A DNA stretch of 64,000 nucleotides from an uncultured delta proteobacterium. GTDB taxonomy: Bacteria > Desulfobacterota > RBG-13-43-22. Position 1 is the first letter of the stretch. Each line of letters starts with the position of its first letter. The stretch is taken from positions 192,001-256,000 of the forward strand of contig CAWDKY010000017.1 in the NCBI GenBank assembly GCA_963802945.1, given 5' to 3'. The notes beneath the pieces were generated by a model. That model searched no databases. It saw nothing but the letters and a program-made list of their open reading frames with translations, and was not told the DNA's origin. The position numbers were made by a program, and so were the translations under genes. Positions 47,700 to 57,627 of this stretch are shown here, one piece after another.

Positions 47700-48926
47700 G
47701 TGGAAACACCGAACACCGAATTTCAAACTCCGAACTCCGGATTGGAGGGGCGACGGGTCTTATTCATCGTCGAAAATCTCCCGGTCCCTTTCGATACCCG
47801 TCCTTGGCTGGAGGCCCAGGCCCTCAAAGAAAATGGGATGGAAGTGGCGATTATCTGTCCCAGGGGGAAAGGATACGAAGCCCCTTACGAACAGTTGAAA
47901 GGTATTCATATCTATCGCCATCCTTTTATAGAGGCAGGAAGGGCATGGGAATATCTTTTAGAATATGGGCTGGCCCTGTTTTGGGAACTCGTTTACAGCC
48001 TGAAGATTTTCCGCAAAATTCGATTTGAGGCCATCCATGTGGCCAATCCCCCGGATCTTCTTTGCCTGATCGGCTTGCTGTACAAGTGGAGAGGGATCCG
48101 GTTCATTTTCGACCAGCACGATATCTGTCCTGAGGTTATGGAAGCCAAATTTGGGGGAAAGGGTTTTCTTTTTAAGGCCCTTGTTTTCTGGGAAAAATTA
48201 AGCTATTGGACATCCGATCTGGTGATTGCCACGAACGAATCCTATCGGGATCTGGCCATTCAACGGGGGAAGGTGAACCCTCAAAAAATCGCCGTGGTCC
48301 GGACAGGGCCGGATTTATCAAGGATTCCCTCGGAGATCCCCAAAGACGAATCCCTCAGGCAAGGGAAACGTTTTATGGTCGGTTATGTGGGGGTCATCGA
48401 GAAGCAGGAAGGCCTGGATTATCTGGTTCGGGTGGTGAAGGAGATTGTCCAAGAGTTTGACCGGAAGGATATCCTGTTTATGATCGTCGGCGGAGGAACT
48501 CAAGTTCCTGTTATTCAAGATTTGGTCAAAGAAGAGGGCCTGGAGGAGTATTTCCATTTTACCGGGCGGGTTTCCGATGAAGTGCTTTTTAGCTGGCTGG
48601 GCAATTGTGATGTTTGCGTCAATCCCGACTTGTTTAATGATGCCTCCAATCGATCCACCATGCGCAAGATCATGGAGTATATGGCCTTGGGAAAACCGAT
48701 TGTTCAAACCGAGGTGATCGAAGGCCGTTACACCGCTCAAGAAGCTTCCCTTTATGCCCGGCCCGATGACCAAAGAGACTTTGCCGAAAAGATTCTGTAT
48801 TTGTTGGATCATCCCGAAGAGGCCCAAAAGATGGGATCGATCGGCAAGAAAAGGATATATGAATCGCTTCACTGGGGGATACAAAAACAAAACCTGGTAA
48901 CGGCTTATCAAACCCTATTTTCCTGA
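47700..48926 (+). CDS. Glycosyltransferase family 4
   Basis: VENLPVPFDTR, NPPD, FDQHD, KIMEYMALGKP. Confidence 0.92.
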   Translation: METPNTEFQTPNSGLEGRRVLFIVENLPVPFDTRPWLEAQALKENGMEVAIICPRGKGYEAPYEQLKGIHIYRHPFIEAGRAWEYLLEYGLALFWELVYSLKIFRKIRFEAIHVANPPDLLCLIGLLYKWRGIRFIFDQHDICPEVMEAKFGGKGFLFKALVFWEKLSYWTSDLVIATNESYRDLAIQRGKVNPQKIAVVRTGPDLSRIPSEIPKDESLRQGKRFMVGYVGVIEKQEGLDYLVRVVKEIVQEFDRKDILFMIVGGGTQVPVIQDLVKEEGLEEYFHFTGRVSDEVLFSWLGNCDVCVNPDLFNDASNRSTMRKIMEYMALGKPIVQTEVIEGRYTAQEASLYARPDDQRDFAEKILYLLDHPEEAQKMGSIGKKRIYESLHWGIQKQNLVTAYQTLFS

Positions 48927-49026
48927 GATTCCCACCCCCACCCCTTCCCCCCTCGGAGGTGGTGAGGGTGGGGGAAATTTGGTGTTTCCTATATTTAATC
49001 TCCAATTTACCATTTGAAAAGGACGA

Positions 49027-51056
49027 ATGTTTTTTTGGTACCTCAACAGGCTCCGTTTAATGCCTCTTCCCGAAATCGGGCTTCGACTTTATCGCAAGGT
49101 TAGGGCGAAGATATGGAAGATCCTCCTTCCCTGGGCTTGGCGAAGGCCCTTGGCCTTTTCAAAGGCTTTGCCAGAATCACCAGGAGACTGGCTTGTTGAA
49201 CTAAAAAGAAATTTTCCCATAAATTTGGAAGCGGATTTTCTGGAACGATATGCTCGGTATTTCTCCCATTGGCAGGTTAAAGAGGCTGCCGAGAACCTAG
49301 TGAAGGGCAGGATCCCAGTTTTCCATTGGATTTATGATACCGGCGGGGAGATTCCTGATTGGCACCGAGATTTTTTAGCCCCGTGTTCATGGCCGAGGGT
49401 TTTTTTTAATCAATTGAATCATAATGATCTCCGATACGGCCGGGTTATTAATGTCTGGGAGTTAAACCGTCATTTTTATTTTTACGATCTGGGCAAGGCC
49501 TATTATTTTACCCAAGACCCCTCTTTGGCCCAAACTCTTTTAGTCCATCTTGAATCCTGGATTGATCAAAATCTCCCGGGCATAGGCATTAACTGGTACA
49601 GTCCTATGGAAAATGCCATCCGACTGATCAGTTGGCTTTGGGGATTGTTCTTTATTTCAGAGAACAGGGTCGACCCGTTCGGACCTTTCGCCGGTCATGA
49701 CCGATGAAATACAAAAAAAACTCCTGGGTTCCATTTACTGGCAGACCTATTATATTGAAAAGAATCTTTCCAAATATTCTTCAGCCAACAATCATCGTAT
49801 TGGTGAAGCACTGGGCCTTTTCTGGATCGGGTCTTTGATTCCTACTTTTTCCCGGGCCAAGAAATGGAAAGAAAAAGGGTGGGAAATTCTTTGTCAGGAA
49901 ATTGAAAGGCAGATTTTTCCGGATGGGGTCTCCTAAGGAACAAAGCACACGGTATTTATTTTTTCTCTTTGACCTATATTGCCTGGCAGTTCTTTTGGCG
50001 AAAAAGCAAAATCTGGCTATTCCTCAAGTGCTTTTGTGATCGTTTGGAAAAAATTTGTGAATATATCATGGCTCAAATGAATGAAGGAGGAAATCTCCCT
50101 GATCTTGGGGATTCATCGGATGGATTAGCTTGTAAGCTCCACACGACTTCTTTCCATCCTTATCGATCTCTTTTAACCACCGGGGCCATATGGTTTAATC
50201 GGGGAGATTTTAAATATTGGGGGGGAAGCTGGATGAACGAAATTTCTGGTTGTTCAATAAGGACGACCTCGACCGGTATGAACACTTGCAAGAAGATCCG
50301 ACCGAAAGAAAATCCCAGTTTTTCCCGGAGGGAGGCCAAATTGTCCTAAGAAAAGGAAAAGGAAAGGATGAGTCGGTTTTGTCTTTCGATGCCGGTCCTT
50401 TTGGTTTTCTTTCCATCGCCGCTCATGCCCATGCCGATGCCTTGTCGTTCACCTTAAGCTTAGGGGGAATCCCGATTTTAGTTGATCCCGGGACTTACCT
50501 ATATCACGATGGGGGTAAATGGCGTTATTATTTTCGAGGAACCCGTGCCCACAATACCATTGAAGTGGATGGTCAGGATCAGGCCGTTTCCGGCGGACCC
50601 TTTATGTGGCTGACTAAACCTGAAACAGTGGTTAAGAAGGTATCCATGGTTCAGGACCATGTTTTTGTCCATGCCTCTCATAAAGGATACGCCCGTCTTT
50701 CCTTTCCCCTGAATCATGAACGATCCTTTCTCTGGAACCGGCAGAGAGAATCCTGGACTATCAATGATCGTCTAGAAACCCAGGGACCCCATCTTATTCG
50801 GCAGACTTTTCATTTTCATCCCCTTTGCCGGGTGCAGTCTCTAAAACCCGGTCTTTTCGAAGTTTCCATTGATAAACCGGTTCTTTATTTGGAACTGGAT
50901 TCCCGATTTCAACCTTCATTACATCGGGGCGAAGAAGATCCCATCTGGGGCTGGAATTCCGGATGTTTTGGGGAAAAGGTCCCGGCTTTTACCTTGGTGG
51001 GGGAGATGACTATTGAGGAGACAGAAATGCTTCAAACCCTAATGTGGCGGCCGTGA
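49027..51056 (+). pseudogene. Heparinase II/III-family protein split into four ORFs
   Basis: WELNR, NNH, GDSSDG, AHAHADALSF, VDPGTY, AHNTI..DGQDQ spread across 49027-49707, 49697-49936, 49969-50349 and 50217-51056. Confidence 0.8.
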
Positions 51057-51130
51057 ACCCTATGAACATTGGTTTTTATTATCACAATATTGCCCGGAGC
51101 TGACTTGGGGCTCATAAGGAGGGTAGTTTT

Positions 51131-52504
51131 ATGAGGCAAGAGAAAGGAAACCTTTTGTGTTTCGATCAAATGGCCCTATGGGTAGTAATCATCCTCTATG
51201 CCCTTATCCATTTCCCCTTTATTGGAATCGGTTTTGGCGAGCCTGATGCCTGGAGAAATGGGTTAAGCGCCCTGGATATTAGGGATGGGCTGGGTTACTC
51301 ACCGAACCGAGTTCCCGGATTCCCGGTTGTAGAATTAAGTTTTGGTTTTCTGGCCAATTGGGTCTCTCCGGATACACTTTGGATTTATACCAATTTATTA
51401 ACCCTTATGGTTTCGCTATTGGGAATGTATTTCTTTTATAAGATAGTTGAATATCACAAGATTCCCCATCCGTTTATCCCTATTTTATTGCTTTATTTTA
51501 TTCCTATTATTTTTACCAATGCCGCTTTTTCCATGGATAATATGTGGGCTATGACCTTCCTCTTAATGGCTTATTGGTATCTCCTTAAGGTTAAACCTTT
51601 TTGGGGGAGCTTATTTTTTGCCTTGGCCATAGGAAGCAGGCTTACCTCGGCGCTTTTTCTTTTTCCCTTTTTTTTCTATATGGTTTGGAATCCTCGGATA
51701 TTTCCAAAGAAAAAATCACTTCGAGGAACTGTTTGGATAGTCATGGCAGTCTTGGCCTGGGCCGTGATCTATCTATGGTTGAACATCAAAGATTTAGGAT
51801 ATCTAAAAGAAAATGCAGTTATTCCCAGGGATTATTTTAGAAGTGGATATTATTTCATTCAGGAAGTTTTTGGGTTGTCTGGGACCTTGTTTTTGATAGG
51901 GATGATCATTGGACGATGGAAAAAATTTCCTTCTCGGACCTGGGAATTATCCTTCCTGATCATGACTCTGATTTTTTATGCCTTTCTTTTTCTCTATCGG
52001 CCAGATAAGATAGCCTATCTTATTCCAGTATTGCCCTTTTTGGTACTTTGGATTTGTCGATGGTTGGAAGGGAAATGGAGTTATTTATTAACAGTGTTGA
52101 TTATCCTTAATAATATACTGTCATTCGCTGTAGTCCAAAATACCCCCCAAGGGTTGGTTGTTAAATGGGTGAGCAAAGGAATTACCTGGGAAAAATACCG
52201 GCACTTTTATCAATATATTAAAGATGTGGATTATTTAATCCACTTTCCTTATCCTCCGGATACCAGAGTAGAAACGGGATGGCATCAGGCAGGAATTTTG
52301 TATCTTCTTAGATTGCCTGAGTATCAGAACCGAAAAAAGGAATTACTCCAAGGGGGAATCATCTTCTCGGACATTTTAGCCCAAGAGAGGAAAAAGAACA
52401 TTTACTGGGTTTTCGGGTCCCTTCCTTATAAAACAGAAAGGCAAGTTTTATCATCGAAAAAATATCAGATGATCTATTTGCCATCATCAAGGACCGGGCC
52501 ATGA
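51131..52504 (+). CDS. Polytopic membrane protein, probable GT-C glycosyltransferase
   Basis: Loop EPD after TM1, PGFPV, LAIGSR; many TM helices. Confidence 0.65.
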   Translation: MRQEKGNLLCFDQMALWVVIILYALIHFPFIGIGFGEPDAWRNGLSALDIRDGLGYSPNRVPGFPVVELSFGFLANWVSPDTLWIYTNLLTLMVSLLGMYFFYKIVEYHKIPHPFIPILLLYFIPIIFTNAAFSMDNMWAMTFLLMAYWYLLKVKPFWGSLFFALAIGSRLTSALFLFPFFFYMVWNPRIFPKKKSLRGTVWIVMAVLAWAVIYLWLNIKDLGYLKENAVIPRDYFRSGYYFIQEVFGLSGTLFLIGMIIGRWKKFPSRTWELSFLIMTLIFYAFLFLYRPDKIAYLIPVLPFLVLWICRWLEGKWSYLLTVLIILNNILSFAVVQNTPQGLVVKWVSKGITWEKYRHFYQYIKDVDYLIHFPYPPDTRVETGWHQAGILYLLRLPEYQNRKKELLQGGIIFSDILAQERKKNIYWVFGSLPYKTERQVLSSKKYQMIYLPSSRTGP

Positions 52505-52660
52505 TGAATTAAAGATAACTCCAGGTGAGAAGAGATTAATCCCAATAGAGACCGGTTGGCATGCGGGATATACCTTCTGAAGAAAGCCTTAAATCGGTCT
52601 TTTCGTCGAATCCCATTCGTTAATAGGGGAAATAAATTCTCTTTTCAGGGGGGAAAAGGC

Positions 52661-53797
52661 ATGTCCGACCTAAAGGAAAAAGGATATACAAAACCGTTCG
52701 AACGTAGAAATATTCCCACCAACGATTCCGAAGAAGCCCTCCACTTTTGCCGACTGCTTCAAAGAATGTTAAATGGCAACGATGAGTTGTCGGATAATGA
52801 CCAGATTACCAGTCAGTTGGGTCAAGGCCCCCTTCCTGGAGAATCAAGGCATTCAGTTTCCCCAGAAATTTCTATTGTGATTCCCGTTTTTAACGAAGAG
52901 GGCAATCTCTCACTCCTTTACGAACGGCTTATCTCTGTTTTAGTGAAGATTCAACTCCTTTATGAAATTATCTTCGTTGTTGATGGCAGTCGCGATTCAA
53001 GTCTTCAAGTGCTTTGTCGCCTGGCAGATGAGAATCCTCGGTTAGTTGTTATAGAGTTGGCTCGCAACTTCGGACACCAGATTGCCATAAGTGCCGGACT
53101 GGATTATGCCCGTGGCCAAGGAGTTGTGGTGATGGATGCCGATTTGCAGGATCCTCCGGAATTTTTGCCGGATCTGGTAACAAAATGGAAGGAGGGTTAC
53201 GAAGTGGTCTATGCCGTTCGGGTCAAACGCAAAGAGAATATCATTAAACGAACGGCCTATAATCTTTTTTACCGTCTTTTGAATCGGGCCTCCAACATAC
53301 AGATCCCCCGGGATGCCGGAGATTTCTGTATTATGGATCGACGGGTAGTGGACATCCTAACCGCTATGCCGGAGCGGAACCGTTTTATCCGGGGCATCAG
53401 GAGTTGGGTGGGGTTCAAACAGGTAGGATTGAATTGCGAACGGCACACCCGTCACAGTGGAAAGCCGGGTTATTCTTTGTCGCGACTAATTTACCTGGCC
53501 CTGGATGGTTTGGTCTCTTTTAGTTATCTGCCGCTAAGGATTATTTCCATTTTAGGTTGGTGTGTGTCAATTTTGTCCATCCTTCTTTCTATTTTATATA
53601 TCATTAAGAAAATTTTTTTCGGCCTTAATCCTCCAGGTTTTGCTACCTTGGTCGTAGCCGTTTTTTTTCTGTCCGGCATCCAATTGATCACCATCGGGGT
53701 GATTGGTGAATATGTGGGGCGCATATCCGAGGAGGTTAAACAACGTCCCCTTTATGTGGTGAGACAGGTCATCGATAAGACCAAAAAGGATTTTTGA
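52661..53797 (+). CDS. GT2 polyprenol-phosphate glycosyltransferase (ArnC/GtrB-like)
   Basis: IPVFNEE, RNFGHQ, MDADLQDPP, GDF, IGEYVGRI..EVKQRP. Confidence 0.92.
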   Translation: MSDLKEKGYTKPFERRNIPTNDSEEALHFCRLLQRMLNGNDELSDNDQITSQLGQGPLPGESRHSVSPEISIVIPVFNEEGNLSLLYERLISVLVKIQLLYEIIFVVDGSRDSSLQVLCRLADENPRLVVIELARNFGHQIAISAGLDYARGQGVVVMDADLQDPPEFLPDLVTKWKEGYEVVYAVRVKRKENIIKRTAYNLFYRLLNRASNIQIPRDAGDFCIMDRRVVDILTAMPERNRFIRGIRSWVGFKQVGLNCERHTRHSGKPGYSLSRLIYLALDGLVSFSYLPLRIISILGWCVSILSILLSILYIIKKIFFGLNPPGFATLVVAVFFLSGIQLITIGVIGEYVGRISEEVKQRPLYVVRQVIDKTKKDF

Positions 53798-53798
53798 T

Positions 53799-54947
53799 TT
53801 GCGCATCTTAATGCTGAATAATGAATTTCCACCTTTAGGCGGGGGCACGGGGACAGTCAATCAAGCTATTCTACAACGATTGATCGGAAAGTCAGAGATT
53901 GAGGTTGACCTGATCACCTCAGCGTTGGGAAAAAGGCAGGAAGAGGAATTTCTTAGCGATAACATTCGAATAAATAAGGTGCCGGTCAACAACCGCAATA
54001 TTCATCATTCTTCAAATAAAGAATTATTCACTTACTTCATTCGTACACTGCCATTTGCCTTAAGGCGCCACCGGAATTACCCTTATGACCTGTGCTTCGC
54101 CTGGAGCGCTGTTCCGGCAGGTGCTATTGCCCTGGTTTTACGTTTCCTGACCGGTTTAAAATATTTAGTGCGTGTCTGTGGTCCGGACATTCCCGGGTTT
54201 GAGAGACGATATAAAATGGCGTACTTTCCTCTTAAACCGATCATTAGGGCAGTCTGGGATAACGCTGAGTTGGTTGTAGCCAAATGCGATGGTGAAGCTG
54301 AATTGATTCATTCTGTGGATAAACGGGTTACCACTATTCTTATACCAAACGGTGTAGACTCAGAGGCCTTTAAACCGGAGAATCCCATTTCCAATGAGGG
54401 GACGTTACGTTTACTTTGTGTGGGCCGTCTCATTGAACGCAAGGGACAACATCATCTGATCGAAGCGATAAAGCGGTTGGTCGATGAAGGGTTGGATGTG
54501 AACCTTGAGCTGGTAGGTACCGGTGACGCAGAGGCAGCCGACAAGGCTTTGGCACAGCGATTAGGGGTGGCTTTTCGCATTCATTTCACAGGGTATGTAC
54601 CGAGGGAGCAAATTCTTCAACACTACACTGCAGCCCACGTTTTTGTACTGGCCTCCTATAACGAAGGAATGAGTGTAGCGACGTTGGAGGCCATGGCGAC
54701 CGGGCTTCCTGTCGTTATCACCTCTACCGGCGGAACGGCTGAACTGGTTGAAGAAGGAATTAACGGCTTGACTTTTAACTGGGCAGACCTGGATACCCTC
54801 ACAGCCCATCTACGACGTCTTGCGAGCGACCGTTCTTTGGTGCGGCAAATGGGTGCCGCCGCTCGCCGGAAGGCAGAACAGTTTTCATGGGAGACGGTGG
54901 CCGAACGGTATCAGGAGATGTTTATGAAAATAGGAAATCAGACATGA
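53799..54947 (+). CDS. Glycosyltransferase family 4
   Basis: EFPPLGGG, PNGVD, GRLIERKG, EGMSVATLEAMA. Confidence 0.92.
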   Translation: MRILMLNNEFPPLGGGTGTVNQAILQRLIGKSEIEVDLITSALGKRQEEEFLSDNIRINKVPVNNRNIHHSSNKELFTYFIRTLPFALRRHRNYPYDLCFAWSAVPAGAIALVLRFLTGLKYLVRVCGPDIPGFERRYKMAYFPLKPIIRAVWDNAELVVAKCDGEAELIHSVDKRVTTILIPNGVDSEAFKPENPISNEGTLRLLCVGRLIERKGQHHLIEAIKRLVDEGLDVNLELVGTGDAEAADKALAQRLGVAFRIHFTGYVPREQILQHYTAAHVFVLASYNEGMSVATLEAMATGLPVVITSTGGTAELVEEGINGLTFNWADLDTLTAHLRRLASDRSLVRQMGAAARRKAEQFSWETVAERYQEMFMKIGNQT

Positions 54948-55663
54948 AAGAAATGGAGGCAGTCGAATACGATAGAGCTTGGGAAACCAGAGATGATATG
55001 AAAATCTATGGCCCCTTTTCTCGAACCCTTAGACATATCATTGTCAATCTCATCCGCCCATTGGCCTTTGACTCAGTCCTTGATGTCGGTTGTGGGCAGG
55101 GATCTTTTTTGAAATTGCTTAGTTCTGATTTTCCGGAAATCCAAGTTTCCGGAACGGATTTTTCCATGAAGGCCATTGAAATGGCTCGCCTGCGGGTACC
55201 GAATGGCCGATTTCAATTGCTCAATCTGTCGAAGGAACACTTGGATGAAACCTTTGACCTGGTGGTTTGTAGTGAAGTTTTAGAACATATTATTGATGAT
55301 AAGGTGGCTATTCAGAACTTGGTCTCTATGACGGATAAGTATCTTGTCGTTTCTGCGCCGCAGGGTCGTATGCGACCATTTGAGATCGCCGTCGGGCATG
55401 TGCGGAATTATGCGTCTGGCGAATTGGTACGAAAGCTTAAACAAGAGGGTTTATCTATCATCCGGGTAATCGAATGGGGCTTTCCCTTTTATTCGCCGCT
55501 TTACCGCGATCTTTTGAATGGCCTGGGGGGTAAAGGCACCACCGGGGAGATAGGACCGCTTCGTAAATTGATTTCTCTGGGAATTTATGGCTTGTTTAAG
55601 CTTTGTTCTTCCAAACATGGAGATGAAATTGTCATACTGGCTGAGCCGACCCGGGTCAGGTGA
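54944..55663 (+). CDS. Class I SAM-dependent methyltransferase
   Basis: VLDVGCGQG, FDLVVCSEVLEHI, GHVRNY. Confidence 0.9.
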   Translation: MKEMEAVEYDRAWETRDDMKIYGPFSRTLRHIIVNLIRPLAFDSVLDVGCGQGSFLKLLSSDFPEIQVSGTDFSMKAIEMARLRVPNGRFQLLNLSKEHLDETFDLVVCSEVLEHIIDDKVAIQNLVSMTDKYLVVSAPQGRMRPFEIAVGHVRNYASGELVRKLKQEGLSIIRVIEWGFPFYSPLYRDLLNGLGGKGTTGEIGPLRKLISLGIYGLFKLCSSKHGDEIVILAEPTRVR

Positions 55664-55830
55664 ATCGGCTTTGGGTAAAGGTCCAGTGACTGAAATCGAG
55701 AAGCAAGGGAAGATGGTTTTAAAAATTAAACGATCCTGGTGTTGATGAATCTAAGAAGGTTTTTATCCGCAGATTCTACCTTAGGGAAGATCCTGGTCAC
55801 TATGAAGTCATTCGTCGACCTTCTTGTTTT

Positions 55831-56525
55831 ATGTTTCCAAAATCTTTCAAAGGATCTGTTAAATTTGCCGGCCTGATTATGAAAGTCAAACCTAAATTTA
55901 CCATAATAAAAAACAGAAACCTCATTAATCTTTATAGACTGATCCAAGAAGTTAATCGGAGCGATTTACCGGGAGATATAGTGGAGTGTGGCGTCTGGAA
56001 TAGGGGTCGGCCGCGATAATGGGTGTTGCTAATTTTCAGGGGAAATATACAAAAGCAAGGACGTTATGGCTGTTTGATTCCTTTCAAGGGCTTCCATGTC
56101 CTTCTGAGGAAGATGGAGACCTAGAAAAAGGGGATTATTTTAAGGAATGGAATAAAGGTGACGTAGAAAAAGTGAAACAAGTTTTCATAAGATTTGGTCT
56201 TGCTATGCATAATGTTAGAATTATTCCCGGGTGGTTCGAATCGACTTTGAAGACCGCTTCCATAGAGTCCATTGCCGTCTTGCACATTGGCGCTGACTGG
56301 TATCGCTCTGTCAGGACGGTCTTGGAAGCATTTTATGAGAAGGTAGTGCCGGGAGGATTTATTATTCTTGATGACTACGGGTATTGGAAAGAATGGGCGC
56401 AAGCCTTAGAGGATTTTCTTTCCAAGAAGACCATTAAGGATGTTTTGATCAAATCGGTTGGTAAGGTGGGGGCTTTTTTTCAAAAATCTGTCCGGAACAG
56501 ACTCTCCGAAATTAGCCTGAGATGA
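55831..56525 (+). pseudogene. TylF/MycF-family O-methyltransferase, frameshift in a G run near 56005
   Basis: PGDIVECGVW, LFDSFQGLP, GWFESTL, LHIxADWY, LDDYG. Confidence 0.8.
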
Positions 56526-57487
56526 TTAATAAGCAGGGACATGCTTGGCTTCGATTGACTCAAGCCGTCGTTACCCTCGTTCTTTTGATATTTCTGGGGC
56601 GATCTATCAAGTGGCCAGACTTTTTTCAATTGATGACTCATGCCCATTGGAAACTCGTGCTGTTAAGCGTTGCCCTCTTGCTTATCTGCCATCTGATTAA
56701 TGTGTCACGATGGCAATATCTGATGCAGCAGAAATCCCTTCTCTACATGAAACTACTGGCATTTTATGGAATCGGTCTTTTTAGTAATAATTTTCTCCCC
56801 ACGGGGATCGGCGGCGATGGGGTACGCACCATTTTAACCAGCCGTTATGTTTCTTTACCGGAGGCCATCATCTTTGTTGGGTTGGATCGAATAATAGGCC
56901 TTACAACCCTAGGTGTGGTCTTGATCCTTGGCCTTTGTCTGGGGTTGCCGCCGGGGATGAAAATCGTAAAAGTCGGACTGCTTTATGAAACATGGCGGAC
57001 CTCTTTGAACATCTTTTTTATCATAGCTTTAGGGGGCCTTTTGAGTTTGATCGGGCTGGTTAGGATTCTAAAGTTCCGCAAATGGGTTTCAAGTTTCTTT
57101 ACCGGCCTCATCGATTCGGCAGTTTTTTCTCCGTGGAAGGAAAGAGGTTGGGTAAGGCGGTTGGGCGGTGCCGGAAGTTTTTCATTGGCCGCACATGCCA
57201 TTCATATTACTGCCTACTGGGTAATTTTGGAGGCCTTGAATATCCAGGTTCCCTTAAGTGCTTCGATATGGCTTGTTTTAGTTGGGTCTGCCATCATTCT
57301 GTTGCCAATTTCGATCAACGGCTTGGGATTGCAGGAGAGCGCTTATGTGGTAGTTTTGACCGCTTACGGAGTGGAAACGACTATGGCGATTGGTTTTGCC
57401 TTGACCGTCCGAATAGTATTGGTGATATTCAGTCTGGCCGGCGGTCTTTTTTTACTCGGAGGTAATCTGACCAGCAATAAAACTTAA
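56522..57487 (+). CDS. Lysylphosphatidylglycerol synthase TM / flippase-like membrane protein
   Basis: RW, NNFLPTGIGGD, DRIIG, LPISINGLGLQE. Confidence 0.88.
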   Translation: MINKQGHAWLRLTQAVVTLVLLIFLGRSIKWPDFFQLMTHAHWKLVLLSVALLLICHLINVSRWQYLMQQKSLLYMKLLAFYGIGLFSNNFLPTGIGGDGVRTILTSRYVSLPEAIIFVGLDRIIGLTTLGVVLILGLCLGLPPGMKIVKVGLLYETWRTSLNIFFIIALGGLLSLIGLVRILKFRKWVSSFFTGLIDSAVFSPWKERGWVRRLGGAGSFSLAAHAIHITAYWVILEALNIQVPLSASIWLVLVGSAIILLPISINGLGLQESAYVVVLTAYGVETTMAIGFALTVRIVLVIFSLAGGLFLLGGNLTSNKT

Positions 57488-57627
57488 AAAGGGAAGCTCA
57501 TTTAAAACAAAAATAGGGTTTCAGGATTCGAGGATTCAAGCCTCGTAAAAGGCGGGATTGAAAAATTGAATCCTTGAATCATTCGATCATCGCCGACTCA
57601 TTTGGAGATGATCGATGAGGCTTTATT

